This document shows positions 31,863 through 44,103 of a stretch of 64,000 nucleotides of DNA, piece after piece. The position numbers and the translations under genes are program-made. A model generated the notes under the pieces. The model was not told the DNA's origin. It did no database searches and saw nothing but the letters and a program-made list of their open reading frames with translations. Numbering within the stretch: position 1 is the stretch's first letter; the number at the start of each line of letters is the position of its first letter. The stretch comes from an uncultured Haloferula sp. GTDB taxonomy: Bacteria > Verrucomicrobiota > Verrucomicrobiia > Verrucomicrobiales > Akkermansiaceae. The stretch is from contig CBFGTS010000003.1 in NCBI GenBank assembly GCA_965652295.1, positions 250,232 to 314,231 on the forward strand, in the 5' to 3' direction.

Positions 31863-34800
31863 GTGAAGAAGCACGCAACCCTCGAGGCCAATGAGGCGGT
31901 CGCCTCCGTGGCCTGCCGCCTCAGCGAAACGATCGCCATCTACCCGATCACCCCCTCCTCCCCGATGTCCGAGCTCGCCGACGTGTTCGAGAGCCGTGGA
32001 CAGAAGAACATCTGGGGCGCGATCCCGCGGGTCATCGAGATGCAGAGCGAGGGTGGAGCCAGCGCCGTCTGCCACGGCACCCTCCAGACCGGCTGCCTTT
32101 CCACCACCTTCACCTCCTCGCAGGGCCTGCTGCTGATGATCCCCGCGATGTATAAAATCGCCGGTGAGCTCACGCCCTTCGTGATGCACGTCGCCGCCCG
32201 CTCGCTGGCCACCCATGCGCTTTCCATTTTCGGCGATCACCAGGACGTCATGGCCGTCCGCCAGACCGGCTTCGCCCTGCTCGCCTCCGCCTCCGTGCAG
32301 GAAGCCCAGGACATGGCCGCCATCGCCCACAGTGCCACGCTTTCCACCCGCATCCCCTTCCTCCACTTCTTCGATGGCTTCCGTACTTCCCACGAGGTGC
32401 AGAAAATCGAGACCGTCGGCGATGAGGTCCTGCGAGGGATGATCGACGATGAACACCGCCTCGCCTTCTACCGCCGCGGCCTCACACCCGATGCCCCGAC
32501 CATCCGCGGCACCGCGATGAATCCCGACGCGCACTTCCAGGCCCGCGAAGCCTGCAATCTCTTCCACGAAGCCGTCCCGGGTAAGGTTCAAGCCGCGATG
32601 GACCGCTTCGGCAAACTCACCGGCCGCCACTATCATCTCTTCGACTACGTCGGCGCGCCCGAAGCCGAGAAGGTCATCATTGTCATGGCCTCCGGCGGCG
32701 AAACCGTCGCGGAAACCGTCAAGTTCCTCGCCGCCCGGGGCGAAAAAGTCGGCGTCGTCCGCGTTCGCCTCTACCGCCCCTTCGATCAAGCCGCGCTTCT
32801 CGCCGCGCTGCCGGCCACGGTGAAATCGATCGCCATCCTCGATCGCACCAAGGAACCCGGCGCCCCCGCCGAGCCACTCCATCTGGACGTTTCCTTCTCC
32901 CTCACCGAGGCCCTCGAAACCGGCACGCTTCCCTTCCCCATGCCGCGCCTCATCGGCGGTCGCTACGGGATTTCCTCCAAGGAATTCACGCCCGCCATGG
33001 TCAAGGCCGTCTTCGACGAACTGGACAAGGCCCAGCCGAAACGTCGCTTCACCGTCGGCATCGAGGACGACGTCACCCATCTCTCCCTGGACTACGATCC
33101 CACGTTCTCGATCGAGTCCGACCAAGTCGTCCGGGCCGTGTTCTGGGGTCTCGGCTCGGACGGCACGGTTGGAGCCAATCGCAACTCGATCAAGATCATC
33201 GGCGAGGAAACCGACAACTACGCCCAGGGCTACTTCGTCTTCGACTCGAAGAAATCCGGCGGCGTCACCGTTTCCCACCTCCGTTTCGGGCCCGAACGCA
33301 TCCGCGCGCCTTACCTCATCGATACCGCCAGTTTCGTCGCCTGCCACCAGTTCGGCTTTCTGGAAAAATACGACGTCTTCGACTGCGCCGCCCAAGGAGC
33401 CACCGTTCTCCTCAACGCGCCCTACGCGGCCGAAAAACTGTGGGACAAGCTCCCGCTCGAAGCCCGCCGGGCGATCGTCGAGAAGAACCTCAAGGTTTAC
33501 ACCATCAACGCCTTCGACGTCGCCCGCGAAGCCGGCATGGGCGGTCGCATCAACACCGTGATGCAAACCTGCTTCTTCGCCATCTCCGGCGTGCTGCCGC
33601 GGGATGAAGCCCTCGCAAAAATCCAGGACGCCATCCGGAAAACCTACGCCAAAAAGGGTGAGGAACTCGTCCGTCGGAACTTCGCCGCCGTCGATATGTC
33701 GCTCCAGCACCTCCACGAGGTGCCCATTCCCGGCACGCTCGACGGCCCGCCCCGCGCCGCCGTCGTCCCCGACCACGCGCCGGACTTCGTCAAGCGCGTC
33801 ACCGCCGTGATGATGGAAGGCAAGGGCGACCTGCTCCCCGTTTCCGCATTCCCGCCCGACGGCGTCTGGCCGACCGACACCACCAAGTGGGAAAAGCGCG
33901 CCATCGCCCACGAAATCCCCGCCTGGGAGCCGGACCTCTGCATCCAGTGCAACAAGTGCGTGCTCGCCTGCCCGCACGCCGCCATCCGCGCCAAGTTCTA
34001 TGATAAGGCGGAACTCGATGCCGCGCCGGAAACCTTCAAGTCCGCCGACTTCAAGATGCGCGATTTCCCCGGCTCGTCCTATACCATCCAGATCGCACCC
34101 GAAGACTGCACCGGCTGCAAGCTCTGCACCGTCGTCTGCCCCGCCAAGGACCGGCAGCAGCCGAAACGCAAGGCCCTCAACATGACGCCGCTGCTCGATG
34201 TCCGCGAGACGGAGCGCGAGAACTACGACTTCTTCCTCAACACCCTGCCCGATCCCGATCGATCGAAGCTCAACCACGGCGAGGTCAAGTCCTCCCAGTT
34301 CCTCCGCCCGCTCTTCGAATACTCCGGTGCCTGCGCCGGCTGCGGCGAAACGCCCTATCTCAAGCTGCTCACCCAGCTCTTCGGCGATCGCCTGCTCATC
34401 GCCAACGCCACCGGCTGTTCCTCGATCTACGGCGGCAACCTGCCCACCACGCCCTACGCCAAGAACCCCGACGGCCGCGGCCCTGCCTGGGCCAACTCAC
34501 TCTTCGAGGACAACGCCGAGTTCGGTTTCGGCATGCGTTTTGCGGTCGATCAGAAAAACGAAGCCGCCCAAGGCCTGCTCGCGGACCTCGCCCCGGAGAT
34601 CGGCGACGACCTCGTCCGCGACATCCTCGAAGCCGACCAGTCCGATGAAGCCGGCATCGAAGCCCAGCGCACCCGCATTGCCGCACTGAAAGACAAGCTC
34701 GCCAACGCTTCCGGCCCGAAAGCCGCCGGCCTCCGCTTGCTCGCCGACTACCTCGTCCGCAAGTCCGTCTGGATCGTCGGCGGCGATGGCTGGGCCTACG

Positions 34801-35447
34801 ACATCGGCTACGGCGGGCTCGACCATGTCCTCGCCCAAGGCCGCGATGTCAACGTCCTCGTTCTCGACACCCAGGTCTACTCCAACACCGGCGGCCAGGC
34901 CTCGAAGGCCACCCCGATCGGTGCCGCCGCCAAGTTCGCCGCCAGCGGCAAAGGCAGCGCGCCGAAGGAACTCGGACTCATGGCCATGCAATACGGCAAC
35001 GTTTACGTCGCCCGCGTCGCCATGGGTTCCAAGGACAGCCAGGTCGTCAAGGCCATGCGTGAAGCCGAAGCCTGGCACGGCCCCTCGATCATCATCGCCT
35101 ACAGCCACTGCATCGCCCACGGCTTCGACCTCTCCCTCGGCATGGACCAGCAGAAGCTGCTCGTCGACAGCGGTCTGTGGACGCTCTTCCGCTACGATCC
35201 CCGCCGTATTTCCGAGGGCCAGCCGCCGCTCATCCTCGACTCCAGGGAGCCGAAAGCCAAAACCGCCGACTTCATGCGCAACGAGACCCGCTTCCGCATG
35301 ATCGAGAAAATGAACCCGCAGCGCTTCAAGGACCTCGCCAAGCAGGCCCAGGAAAGCGCCAAGCACCGCTGGAAGCTCCTCGAACAGATGGCCGCCATCC
35401 ATTTCCCCGAAGAAGCCGCCGTGACCACCACGGAGGAAGCAGAGTAA
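31863..35447 (+). CDS. nifJ: Pyruvate:ferredoxin/flavodoxin oxidoreductase
   Basis: IYPITPSS, EMQSEGG, FFDGFRTSHE, GLGSDGTVGAN, two 4Fe-4S motifs (CIQCNKCVLACP, CTGCKLCTVVCP), ACAGCGE, GGDGWAYDIG; GTG start assumed. Confidence 0.97.
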   Translation: MKKHATLEANEAVASVACRLSETIAIYPITPSSPMSELADVFESRGQKNIWGAIPRVIEMQSEGGASAVCHGTLQTGCLSTTFTSSQGLLLMIPAMYKIAGELTPFVMHVAARSLATHALSIFGDHQDVMAVRQTGFALLASASVQEAQDMAAIAHSATLSTRIPFLHFFDGFRTSHEVQKIETVGDEVLRGMIDDEHRLAFYRRGLTPDAPTIRGTAMNPDAHFQAREACNLFHEAVPGKVQAAMDRFGKLTGRHYHLFDYVGAPEAEKVIIVMASGGETVAETVKFLAARGEKVGVVRVRLYRPFDQAALLAALPATVKSIAILDRTKEPGAPAEPLHLDVSFSLTEALETGTLPFPMPRLIGGRYGISSKEFTPAMVKAVFDELDKAQPKRRFTVGIEDDVTHLSLDYDPTFSIESDQVVRAVFWGLGSDGTVGANRNSIKIIGEETDNYAQGYFVFDSKKSGGVTVSHLRFGPERIRAPYLIDTASFVACHQFGFLEKYDVFDCAAQGATVLLNAPYAAEKLWDKLPLEARRAIVEKNLKVYTINAFDVAREAGMGGRINTVMQTCFFAISGVLPRDEALAKIQDAIRKTYAKKGEELVRRNFAAVDMSLQHLHEVPIPGTLDGPPRAAVVPDHAPDFVKRVTAVMMEGKGDLLPVSAFPPDGVWPTDTTKWEKRAIAHEIPAWEPDLCIQCNKCVLACPHAAIRAKFYDKAELDAAPETFKSADFKMRDFPGSSYTIQIAPEDCTGCKLCTVVCPAKDRQQPKRKALNMTPLLDVRETERENYDFFLNTLPDPDRSKLNHGEVKSSQFLRPLFEYSGACAGCGETPYLKLLTQLFGDRLLIANATGCSSIYGGNLPTTPYAKNPDGRGPAWANSLFEDNAEFGFGMRFAVDQKNEAAQGLLADLAPEIGDDLVRDILEADQSDEAGIEAQRTRIAALKDKLANASGPKAAGLRLLADYLVRKSVWIVGGDGWAYDIGYGGLDHVLAQGRDVNVLVLDTQVYSNTGGQASKATPIGAAAKFAASGKGSAPKELGLMAMQYGNVYVARVAMGSKDSQVVKAMREAEAWHGPSIIIAYSHCIAHGFDLSLGMDQQKLLVDSGLWTLFRYDPRRISEGQPPLILDSREPKAKTADFMRNETRFRMIEKMNPQRFKDLAKQAQESAKHRWKLLEQMAAIHFPEEAAVTTTEEAE

Positions 35448-35502
35448 GCCAGGAACTCTCTGCGATCCTCCATCTATCACCCACCATCGACACCTTTCAG
35501 AG

Positions 35503-36498
35503 ATGAACCTCGAAACCTCCTACCTCGGCCTCAAGCTCAAGCACCCCATCATCCCCGGGGCCGGACCTCTCACCGGCGACGTATCAAGCGCCCGCGAACT
35601 TGAGGACTTCGGCGCGCCGTGCCTGATCATGAATTCGCTCTTCGAAGAGCAGATCGTTCGCGAGCAACGGGCCGCGTTCGCAGCCATCGATGAAGCCGAG
35701 GACACCTATGCCGAAGCCCTCAGCTACCTGCCCGAGCCGGAGGAATACCGTCTCGGACCGGAGGACTACCTCGCCCGCATTTCTCATCTCAAATCGGCGG
35801 TCGATATCCCCGTCATCGCCTCCCTCAACGGCATCACCCCGGATGGCTGGCGCGAATATCCGAAGCTGATCGCCGCCGCCGGTGCCGACGCGCTGGAGGT
35901 CAATCTCTACCACCTTTCCTCCGACAAATACGAGAGCTCGGCCGAGGTCGAAGAGCGCCTCATTGAATCCGTCCGCGCCGCCCGCGAGGGCATCGACATT
36001 CCCGTCGCCGTCAAGCTGCCCCCCTTCTTCACCTCCATCCCTCATTTCGTCGCCCGCTTGGAGAAAGTCGGAGTGCAATCCGTCGTCCTTTTCAACCGCT
36101 TCTATCAACCGGACATCGACATCGAGGAGCTCCGCACCGAGCCCGTCCTGCGCCTCTCCGATTCATCCGAACTCACCCTCCGGCTCCGCTGGCTCGCCAT
36201 CCTCCATGGTCGCACCGAGCTTGAACTTTCGCTCAGCGGCGGCGTCCACACCCCCATCGATGTCATCAAAGGCCTGATGGCCGGTGCCACCACCGTGCAG
36301 ACCGTTTCCGGGCTCCTCCAATATGGTCCCGGGCACCTGCGCGACCTCATCGACGGTGTAAGCGGCTGGCTGCGCGAGCACGAATACGACCACCTCGACC
36401 AGCTCCGCGGCTGCATGAGCCACCAGAACTCCCCGGACCCCGAGGCCATCGAGCGCGGCAACTACGCCATGGTGCTGCACAGCTGGACGGCCGGCTAA
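35503..36498 (+). CDS. Dihydroorotate dehydrogenase-like FMN protein
   Basis: YLGLKLKHP, SLFEEQI, PVIASLNG, GADALEVN, PVAVKL, LFNRFYQPDID, SGGVH. Confidence 0.88.
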   Translation: MNLETSYLGLKLKHPIIPGAGPLTGDVSSARELEDFGAPCLIMNSLFEEQIVREQRAAFAAIDEAEDTYAEALSYLPEPEEYRLGPEDYLARISHLKSAVDIPVIASLNGITPDGWREYPKLIAAAGADALEVNLYHLSSDKYESSAEVEERLIESVRAAREGIDIPVAVKLPPFFTSIPHFVARLEKVGVQSVVLFNRFYQPDIDIEELRTEPVLRLSDSSELTLRLRWLAILHGRTELELSLSGGVHTPIDVIKGLMAGATTVQTVSGLLQYGPGHLRDLIDGVSGWLREHEYDHLDQLRGCMSHQNSPDPEAIERGNYAMVLHSWTAG

Positions 36499-36502
36499 CC
36501 TG

Positions 36503-38119
36503 CTACTCCACTTTCACCCGGTAGAAGGCCTTGTCGTCGCCGGACTCGAAGGAGAACCGGGCATTGCCGGAGCCGTCGATAGTGAGGATGGAGGAATCGA
36601 GGGGGAAGTCCGTGAAGCTCTGCAAATCGGAGCTCTTCTGGAAATCCAGCGTGAAGGAGAATTCCCCCGTGATCTCGTCGCGCGCGAACACGGGCGGCGC
36701 GACGTTCACGCCACCGATCTCGGCTTCGAAATACAGCCCCACTTCCGCCATCGCGTCGCGAAGTTCGTCGGCGTCGTCGCTTTGATCGGTCTCGTAATCG
36801 AAGCCCAGATCCCTCAGCACATACTCGGTCCAATCGCTGAAGCCGTCCGAATCACCATCCTCCTCTGGAGAAAGCGCCGTTCCGGTGAGTTTCAGAGTGA
36901 AGGGGGAGTTCAGCACCGAGTCCCCGCTGATCGCAAGGGTCGCGGTCTTCTCACCGGATGCCGTCGGATCGAAAAGCAAAGTCACCGTTTGGGTCGCTCC
37001 TCCCGCAAGCTGGGTCGGCAGGTCGGCCGGGCCGGAGAAACCCGTGTCGGAACCCGTGAGCGTGACGGCCAGCCCTTGGATCGGAAGATCCTCGTCGTTT
37101 TTCAAAACGAAGCTGACCGAGCCACTGCCGTCCACCTTGACGACGCCCGCATCCAACTCGCTCTCACCGCTGACGAACGTTTCGCCCGCCACCGACTCCA
37201 CTCCGATCGTCAGCGCCCCGGTGAGGTAGTAGCTGACGTCTCCTCCCGCCGCGATCCTCTGCACCTTCGAGACGATGGTCGTCGGAATATCCGTCTGCCC
37301 GGACGCATTCGAGCCCCAGGCGAGCACGCTGCCATCATCTTTCAAGGCGATCACATGACTCGCCCCAGAGGCAATTGCCGCGACGCCGGTCTGGGCTTCC
37401 ACGGGGACGGTCCCCTGCCCGGCGTTGTTGCGGCCCCAGACAAGCACTTCGCCCCCGGAGGTCAGCGCCACGGTATGTTCCGCGCCAGCGGCAATCGCCA
37501 CCACGCCCTGCTTCGCAGCGGCGGGCACCGTGGATTGCCCATAGATGTTCCAACCCCAGGCGAGAACCTCGCCCTCGTCGGTGAGCGCCACCGAATGCTC
37601 TCCGCCTGCGGCGATGGCCACCACGTCGGACTTCGCCGCCGCCGGCACCACCGTCTGCGCGAACCGCGAGTAACCCCAGGCGATCACTTCTCCATCCACC
37701 AGCGCCAGGCTGTGGAAATCACCGGCCGCCACCGCTTCGGCGGAACTGACCGAGCCCGGCACCGAGGTTTGGAGCGCGGTATTCAGCCCGAAGGCGGAGA
37801 CCGATCCGTCGGACTTCAACAAGACCGTGTGCCCGGCACCGATCGCGGCCGCCGCCACTTCGGTCATGTCGCCGGGCAGGATCGTGGTCTGTCCGTTCGA
37901 CGCAGCACCCCATGCGAAAGGAACCCCTGCGCTGGTCAACGCCACTCCATGGGAGCTGCCAAGGGCGAGGCGATTCGACGCATCAAGCCGCGTCTCAAGA
38001 TCTGCCGGAATGGGAAAGTAGTCGGCCCCGGCGTGATGCCACTCCGCCCACACCGGCGAGGCGTAGATCATCACCGCAATCCCCCCTGCCACGCCTTTCC
38101 AGTTCCTTGCTCCGTTCAT
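36503..38119 (-). CDS. Secreted RCC1/BLIP-II repeat protein with Ig-like (ASH-type) domain
   Basis: Repeated VxAIAAGxxHxVALxxxGxVxxWGxNxxGQ units; LLFDPTASGEKTATLAI; DGDSDG; C-terminal FYRVKVE. Confidence 0.85.
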   Translation of the reverse strand: MNGARNWKGVAGGIAVMIYASPVWAEWHHAGADYFPIPADLETRLDASNRLALGSSHGVALTSAGVPFAWGAASNGQTTILPGDMTEVAAAAIGAGHTVLLKSDGSVSAFGLNTALQTSVPGSVSSAEAVAAGDFHSLALVDGEVIAWGYSRFAQTVVPAAAKSDVVAIAAGGEHSVALTDEGEVLAWGWNIYGQSTVPAAAKQGVVAIAAGAEHTVALTSGGEVLVWGRNNAGQGTVPVEAQTGVAAIASGASHVIALKDDGSVLAWGSNASGQTDIPTTIVSKVQRIAAGGDVSYYLTGALTIGVESVAGETFVSGESELDAGVVKVDGSGSVSFVLKNDEDLPIQGLAVTLTGSDTGFSGPADLPTQLAGGATQTVTLLFDPTASGEKTATLAISGDSVLNSPFTLKLTGTALSPEEDGDSDGFSDWTEYVLRDLGFDYETDQSDDADELRDAMAEVGLYFEAEIGGVNVAPPVFARDEITGEFSFTLDFQKSSDLQSFTDFPLDSSILTIDGSGNARFSFESGDDKAFYRVKVE

Positions 38120-38172
38120 GAATTTCATGCAGCTCATCGTCTCCTCCCACCAGCGTCGAGCTAGAACCTCCC

Positions 38173-39987
38173 TCAGTGCCTCAGCTCGATCATTCGTGCG
38201 GAAAGCGCCGGCAGCTCAGGCAACGCAACCGTCACCTCGCCCGCCGCTTCGAGTTCGCCATTCCAGGCGGTTCCCAGCCGCTCGACCAGCTTCACGCGTC
38301 GACCGCCGAAGCAGGCCCAATCGATGGCGTGAGTGGGGAGGATCAAACTCAGGTCGTTCATGCTCTGGGTGGGGTGGAAATTCGCCACCACGAGAAACAC
38401 CTGCCCGGAAAGCTTGTCGCGGCGAAGATAAGCGTAGGCCCAGTGACCGCTGCACGTCTCCCCCTCCATGCGGCCGAAGCCGGGGTGCTCTTTGTTGGCG
38501 TGGTTCAGCCCGTAGAAGTCACCCCGCGTGAAGGCCGGCTCGCGGAGAATCGCCAGCAGCTTTCCATACCAGGCGCGCAGCGCCTTCTGCGCGTCCGATA
38601 AACGGCCTCCATCGTACTTGCCGCCATTCACCCATTTCTGGAACTCGGGCATCGCCCAATAATCGAAAATCGAAGTCCGTCCGTCGTCACCGCTGAAACC
38701 CTCCGACCCGAGCGCCGGCTCGCCGACTTCCTGGCCGTGGTAGATCATCACCGGCCCGCGCCCCAGTCCCAGAAGCACCGCACAGACCGGCTTGCCGACC
38801 TCCATGCCCAGCCCGCCCCATTCCTTGGGAGAGGCCAGCCTTACCTCGTCATGATTTTCCGCGTAACGCAGGGAGTGATGAAAGCGCGTGCCCGGAAAAA
38901 TCAGGGTGTCGAGGTCGTTCGCCCACTTGTAGCCGGCCCAGTCGTCGTAAAGCCCCATGCAGAGGTCATAAGCAGGGTCGTCATAGACCGCGTCGAAGCC
39001 GGCCTCGATCAACGCGTCGAGGACGTTGCCGTCCGTCAACTTCGCAGGATCGGTATCATAGGCTTCGCCGAAAACGAACAGCTCCGGATCACGCCGCCGC
39101 GCGCGGCCGAGCATCCATTTCCAGAATTCCATCGGCACCATGTGCGCCATGTCCACGCGGAAGCCACCGACTCCGAGGTCCTGCCAGTAGGCGAAGACCT
39201 CATCGATCTTCCGCCACGTATCCGGCACCTCCTCCGAAGCGGCATCCGGCCCCGGCAGATGGCTGGTATCGCGACCCTGGGTGAAATCGTGACCGTAGTT
39301 CAGTTTCACCGTCTCATACCAGTCCCACAGCGTCGGCGAAAAGGTGATCGCATCGTTTCCCGTGACCTTCACGTGGTCCGTTTCCGGGGCGAACCGGCCA
39401 CTGCATCCCGGCAGCCCCTGGGTCGGCAGCGTCAGCGGCGGGCTTCCCTCCACCATGCCCGGCTGGACATAGAAGAAGTTGTTATGCGGATGGAAAAACC
39501 GCGTGGGATCATCGCCCTCACCGAAACTCAGGCCGGGCCGCACGCTCGACCGATACCCGCGCGCGACGTGGTTCGGCACGAAGTCGATCACCACCCGCAG
39601 ACCGTGTCTCTTGCAGCGGTCCAGCAGCTCGCGAAACTCCTCGACCCGCCGCTCCGGGTCCTCCGCATAGTCGGGGCAGACATCGAAGTAGTCGATGATC
39701 GCATACGGGCTGCCGGCCTTACCTTTCAATACATCCGCCGGCTCGGCCGGACGCCCCGGATAGGCGGTGGCGCTCGCCTGCTCCAGCACCCCGGTCAGCC
39801 ACAGATGGGTCGCCCCGAAGGCCCGGATCTCCTCCAGCGCCCGATCGCTGAAATCCGAGAATTTTCCGCAACCATTCTCCGCCATGGAGCCGTGCGGTTT
39901 CCGCGTCTCGTTGGTGTTTCCGAACAGCCGGACCATCGTCTGATAGATCACCGGCCGGACCTTGGTGAAAGAAGGAGAGTTTTCCAT
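38173..39987 (-). CDS. GH13 alpha-amylase family protein
   Basis: GSPYAIIDY, IDFVPNH, GFRVDMAH, ENHDE. Confidence 0.92.
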   Translation of the reverse strand: MENSPSFTKVRPVIYQTMVRLFGNTNETRKPHGSMAENGCGKFSDFSDRALEEIRAFGATHLWLTGVLEQASATAYPGRPAEPADVLKGKAGSPYAIIDYFDVCPDYAEDPERRVEEFRELLDRCKRHGLRVVIDFVPNHVARGYRSSVRPGLSFGEGDDPTRFFHPHNNFFYVQPGMVEGSPPLTLPTQGLPGCSGRFAPETDHVKVTGNDAITFSPTLWDWYETVKLNYGHDFTQGRDTSHLPGPDAASEEVPDTWRKIDEVFAYWQDLGVGGFRVDMAHMVPMEFWKWMLGRARRRDPELFVFGEAYDTDPAKLTDGNVLDALIEAGFDAVYDDPAYDLCMGLYDDWAGYKWANDLDTLIFPGTRFHHSLRYAENHDEVRLASPKEWGGLGMEVGKPVCAVLLGLGRGPVMIYHGQEVGEPALGSEGFSGDDGRTSIFDYWAMPEFQKWVNGGKYDGGRLSDAQKALRAWYGKLLAILREPAFTRGDFYGLNHANKEHPGFGRMEGETCSGHWAYAYLRRDKLSGQVFLVVANFHPTQSMNDLSLILPTHAIDWACFGGRRVKLVERLGTAWNGELEAAGEVTVALPELPALSARMIELRH

Positions 39988-40118
39988 GCCCGCCGCACTC
40001 TCCGGCCAGTCCGCCCGCTTGGCAAACCCGCAACCCTCCGGGCCGAGGTGATGGATCTCACCACAAAAGAAAACGCCGGCATTGCCCCCCGGGCCGGGGT
40101 TCTGCTAGCCATCCCCGG

Positions 40119-41471
40119 GTGAGCGACCGCTACGAGATTCTCGATATCCTGAGCCAGGATCAGCATGGCGTCGTGTTCAAGGCCACCGACCGCCGCAACG
40201 ATGCCACGGTGGTCCTGCGGCGCTTCTTTCCTTTTGGCTCGGGAGGAGGCGGCTTGCAGGCCGAGGAAAAGCAGGCTTACGAGATCGCCCTGCGCCGCTT
40301 GGCCGACGTCCGGCATCCCGCCCTGCGCCGTGTCCTCGATGGCGGGACCGACCCGGTCGACGGGCTCCCGTTTCTCGTGACTGAATGGCAGGAAGGCACG
40401 TTTCTCGCCCGCGTGCTCGGCCAGCTGGAGCATCCCGTTGCCACCGCCCGGCTGGTCGCCATCACCGCCTTGGAGGCCAGTCTGCTGCTTTCGGAGGTAT
40501 TCCAGGAGGAAGCGCTGTGGCTTGAGACTACCGCCGAGACGATCATCCTGCCGCACGATGGATCCATGCCGGGCGTGACCTTCTGGATCTGCCCGATCCG
40601 TTGGCTGGGCGACCCGGACCACCGCAGGACGCTGGAGCCGCTCGTCGAGCTGGTGGAGCAGGTCGCCGGCTGGAAGGGGCAGATCATTTCCGACGCGGCG
40701 GGCAACGGCCTCGGCCGCTGGGTCAACACCCTGCGGAAGAGCCCCGGCGTCTGGAGCGTGGCCGAAGCCCACCAGGCACTGCGGGCCACTTCCACCGCGG
40801 CCCCATCCGCCGCAGCGCCTCCTTCACCGGCTCCTTCCGTGGGTCCTCCACGGCCAGCGGCCAAGGTGACCCGGCCCAAGACCAAGAGCAACCCGTGGCC
40901 CTGGGTCGTGGCCATCCTGCTCACCCTCGCCACCGGAGCGTTCGTTTATCTCCAATCGCAACGCGGTCAGGCACCCCCGCTTCTCCCGGTCGCCGCCCCC
41001 GCCTCTCCTGCCTCTCCCGCCATCCCGACACCGGACACCCCCGCCGCACCGCGCGAGGTCACCCCTGAGGAAATCGCCACCGCCGTCGAAAAAGAAGCCG
41101 GTGAAGCGTTCGAGAAACCCGCCGGCCCCGGCGTTGAAACCGTCGAGGCCCTCGCCGCCAAGCTGGCTGCGGAGCGGGCTGCCGCGGAAACGTTCGCTGT
41201 GGGGACGAGTTATCCTCTTGAGGGTGAGGTGGTCGAAACGGACGTGAGTTCTTCGGGAAAGACCATCTATGCGAAAATCCGAACGGACCAAGGAGCCGAG
41301 CGTTGGATCGGGTTCCGCGTTTCACAAGTGGCACTCTTCACTCCTGATAGCATCGGCGGGCTGCGCTCCAAGAGGGTGAAGGTCAATGGCGAGTTCCAAA
41401 CGGAACGATCCAACCGGGGCGAGATCTTCTTCGTCCGCCACGCATCCGACTTCGCCCAACTCGCGCCCTGA
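40119..41471 (+). CDS. Membrane protein with degenerate kinase-like N-terminus and OB-fold-like C-terminus
   Basis: RYEILDIL..GVVFKATD..HPAL..PFLVTEW resembles a kinase N-lobe; Pro-rich linkers and one TM (WVVAILLTLATGAFVYL). Confidence 0.55.
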   Translation: MSDRYEILDILSQDQHGVVFKATDRRNDATVVLRRFFPFGSGGGGLQAEEKQAYEIALRRLADVRHPALRRVLDGGTDPVDGLPFLVTEWQEGTFLARVLGQLEHPVATARLVAITALEASLLLSEVFQEEALWLETTAETIILPHDGSMPGVTFWICPIRWLGDPDHRRTLEPLVELVEQVAGWKGQIISDAAGNGLGRWVNTLRKSPGVWSVAEAHQALRATSTAAPSAAAPPSPAPSVGPPRPAAKVTRPKTKSNPWPWVVAILLTLATGAFVYLQSQRGQAPPLLPVAAPASPASPAIPTPDTPAAPREVTPEEIATAVEKEAGEAFEKPAGPGVETVEALAAKLAAERAAAETFAVGTSYPLEGEVVETDVSSSGKTIYAKIRTDQGAERWIGFRVSQVALFTPDSIGGLRSKRVKVNGEFQTERSNRGEIFFVRHASDFAQLAP

Positions 41472-41475
41472 GCCC

Positions 41476-43515
<2,040 letters not shown>

Positions 43516-43536
43516 CGAAAATCCAGTCCGTGCCGG

Positions 43537-43571
43537 AAAAAAACACCCGGACGGATCGCTCCGGCCGGGTG
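43537..43571 (-). terminator. Rho-independent terminator of the RRM gene
   Basis: Minus strand reads cacccggccgg-agcga-tccgtccgggtg followed by seven Ts, about 30 nt after the stop codon. Confidence 0.8.
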
Positions 43572-43599
43572 CTTGAATAAATCTTGGCTGAGGGGAGAT

Positions 43600-44103
43600 T
43601 TACCAACCCTCTTCTTCGAAGCCGCCGCGCTTGCCGCCGCCACTTCCGCGGCGTTCGTCGCCGCCCCGGCCACGACCTCCGCCACGCGGACCGTCGTCGC
43701 CATAGCCGCCACGGCCACCGCCGCCACCGCGACGTTCACCATAGCCGCCACGGCCGGCACCAGCGCCGCCGCCGCCACCCCGGCGTTCGCCGAAGCCTCC
43801 GCGACCGCCTCCGCCACCACCTCCGCGACGATCGCCACCGCCGGGTCCACCGCTGCGAGGCTCACGCGCCTCGGCGGCATTGATGCGCAGCGCACGGCCG
43901 CCGAAGTCCTGGCCGTCCAGGGCCTCGACTGCTGCAGCCACCTTGGCCGCGTCGGTCAACGTCACGAAGCCGAAGCCCCGCGGTCGTCCCGTTTCACGGT
44001 CGGTGATCAGTTTCACACGCTCCACCGGACCAAAGTCGGCGAAGAGTCCGGCCACCTCTTCCTCGGTGGCAGTGAAGGGCAAGTTGCCCACGTAGATGTC
44101 CAT
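43600..44103 (-). CDS. RRM RNA-binding protein with Gly/Arg-rich tail
   Basis: RNP2 IYVGNL, RNP1 RGFGFV, RGG/GYG repeats. Confidence 0.95.
   Translation of the reverse strand: MDIYVGNLPFTATEEEVAGLFADFGPVERVKLITDRETGRPRGFGFVTLTDAAKVAAAVEALDGQDFGGRALRINAAEAREPRSGGPGGGDRRGGGGGGGRGGFGERRGGGGGAGAGRGGYGERRGGGGGRGGYGDDGPRGGGRGRGGDERRGSGGGKRGGFEEEGW

Noticed and set aside
31740..34277. 845-aa minus-strand ORF
   Set aside because: Antisense shadow of nifJ.
37220..37970. Regularly spaced DNA repeats
   Set aside because: These are coding RCC1 repeats, not a CRISPR array; no cas genes or constant repeat-spacer pattern anywhere in the window.
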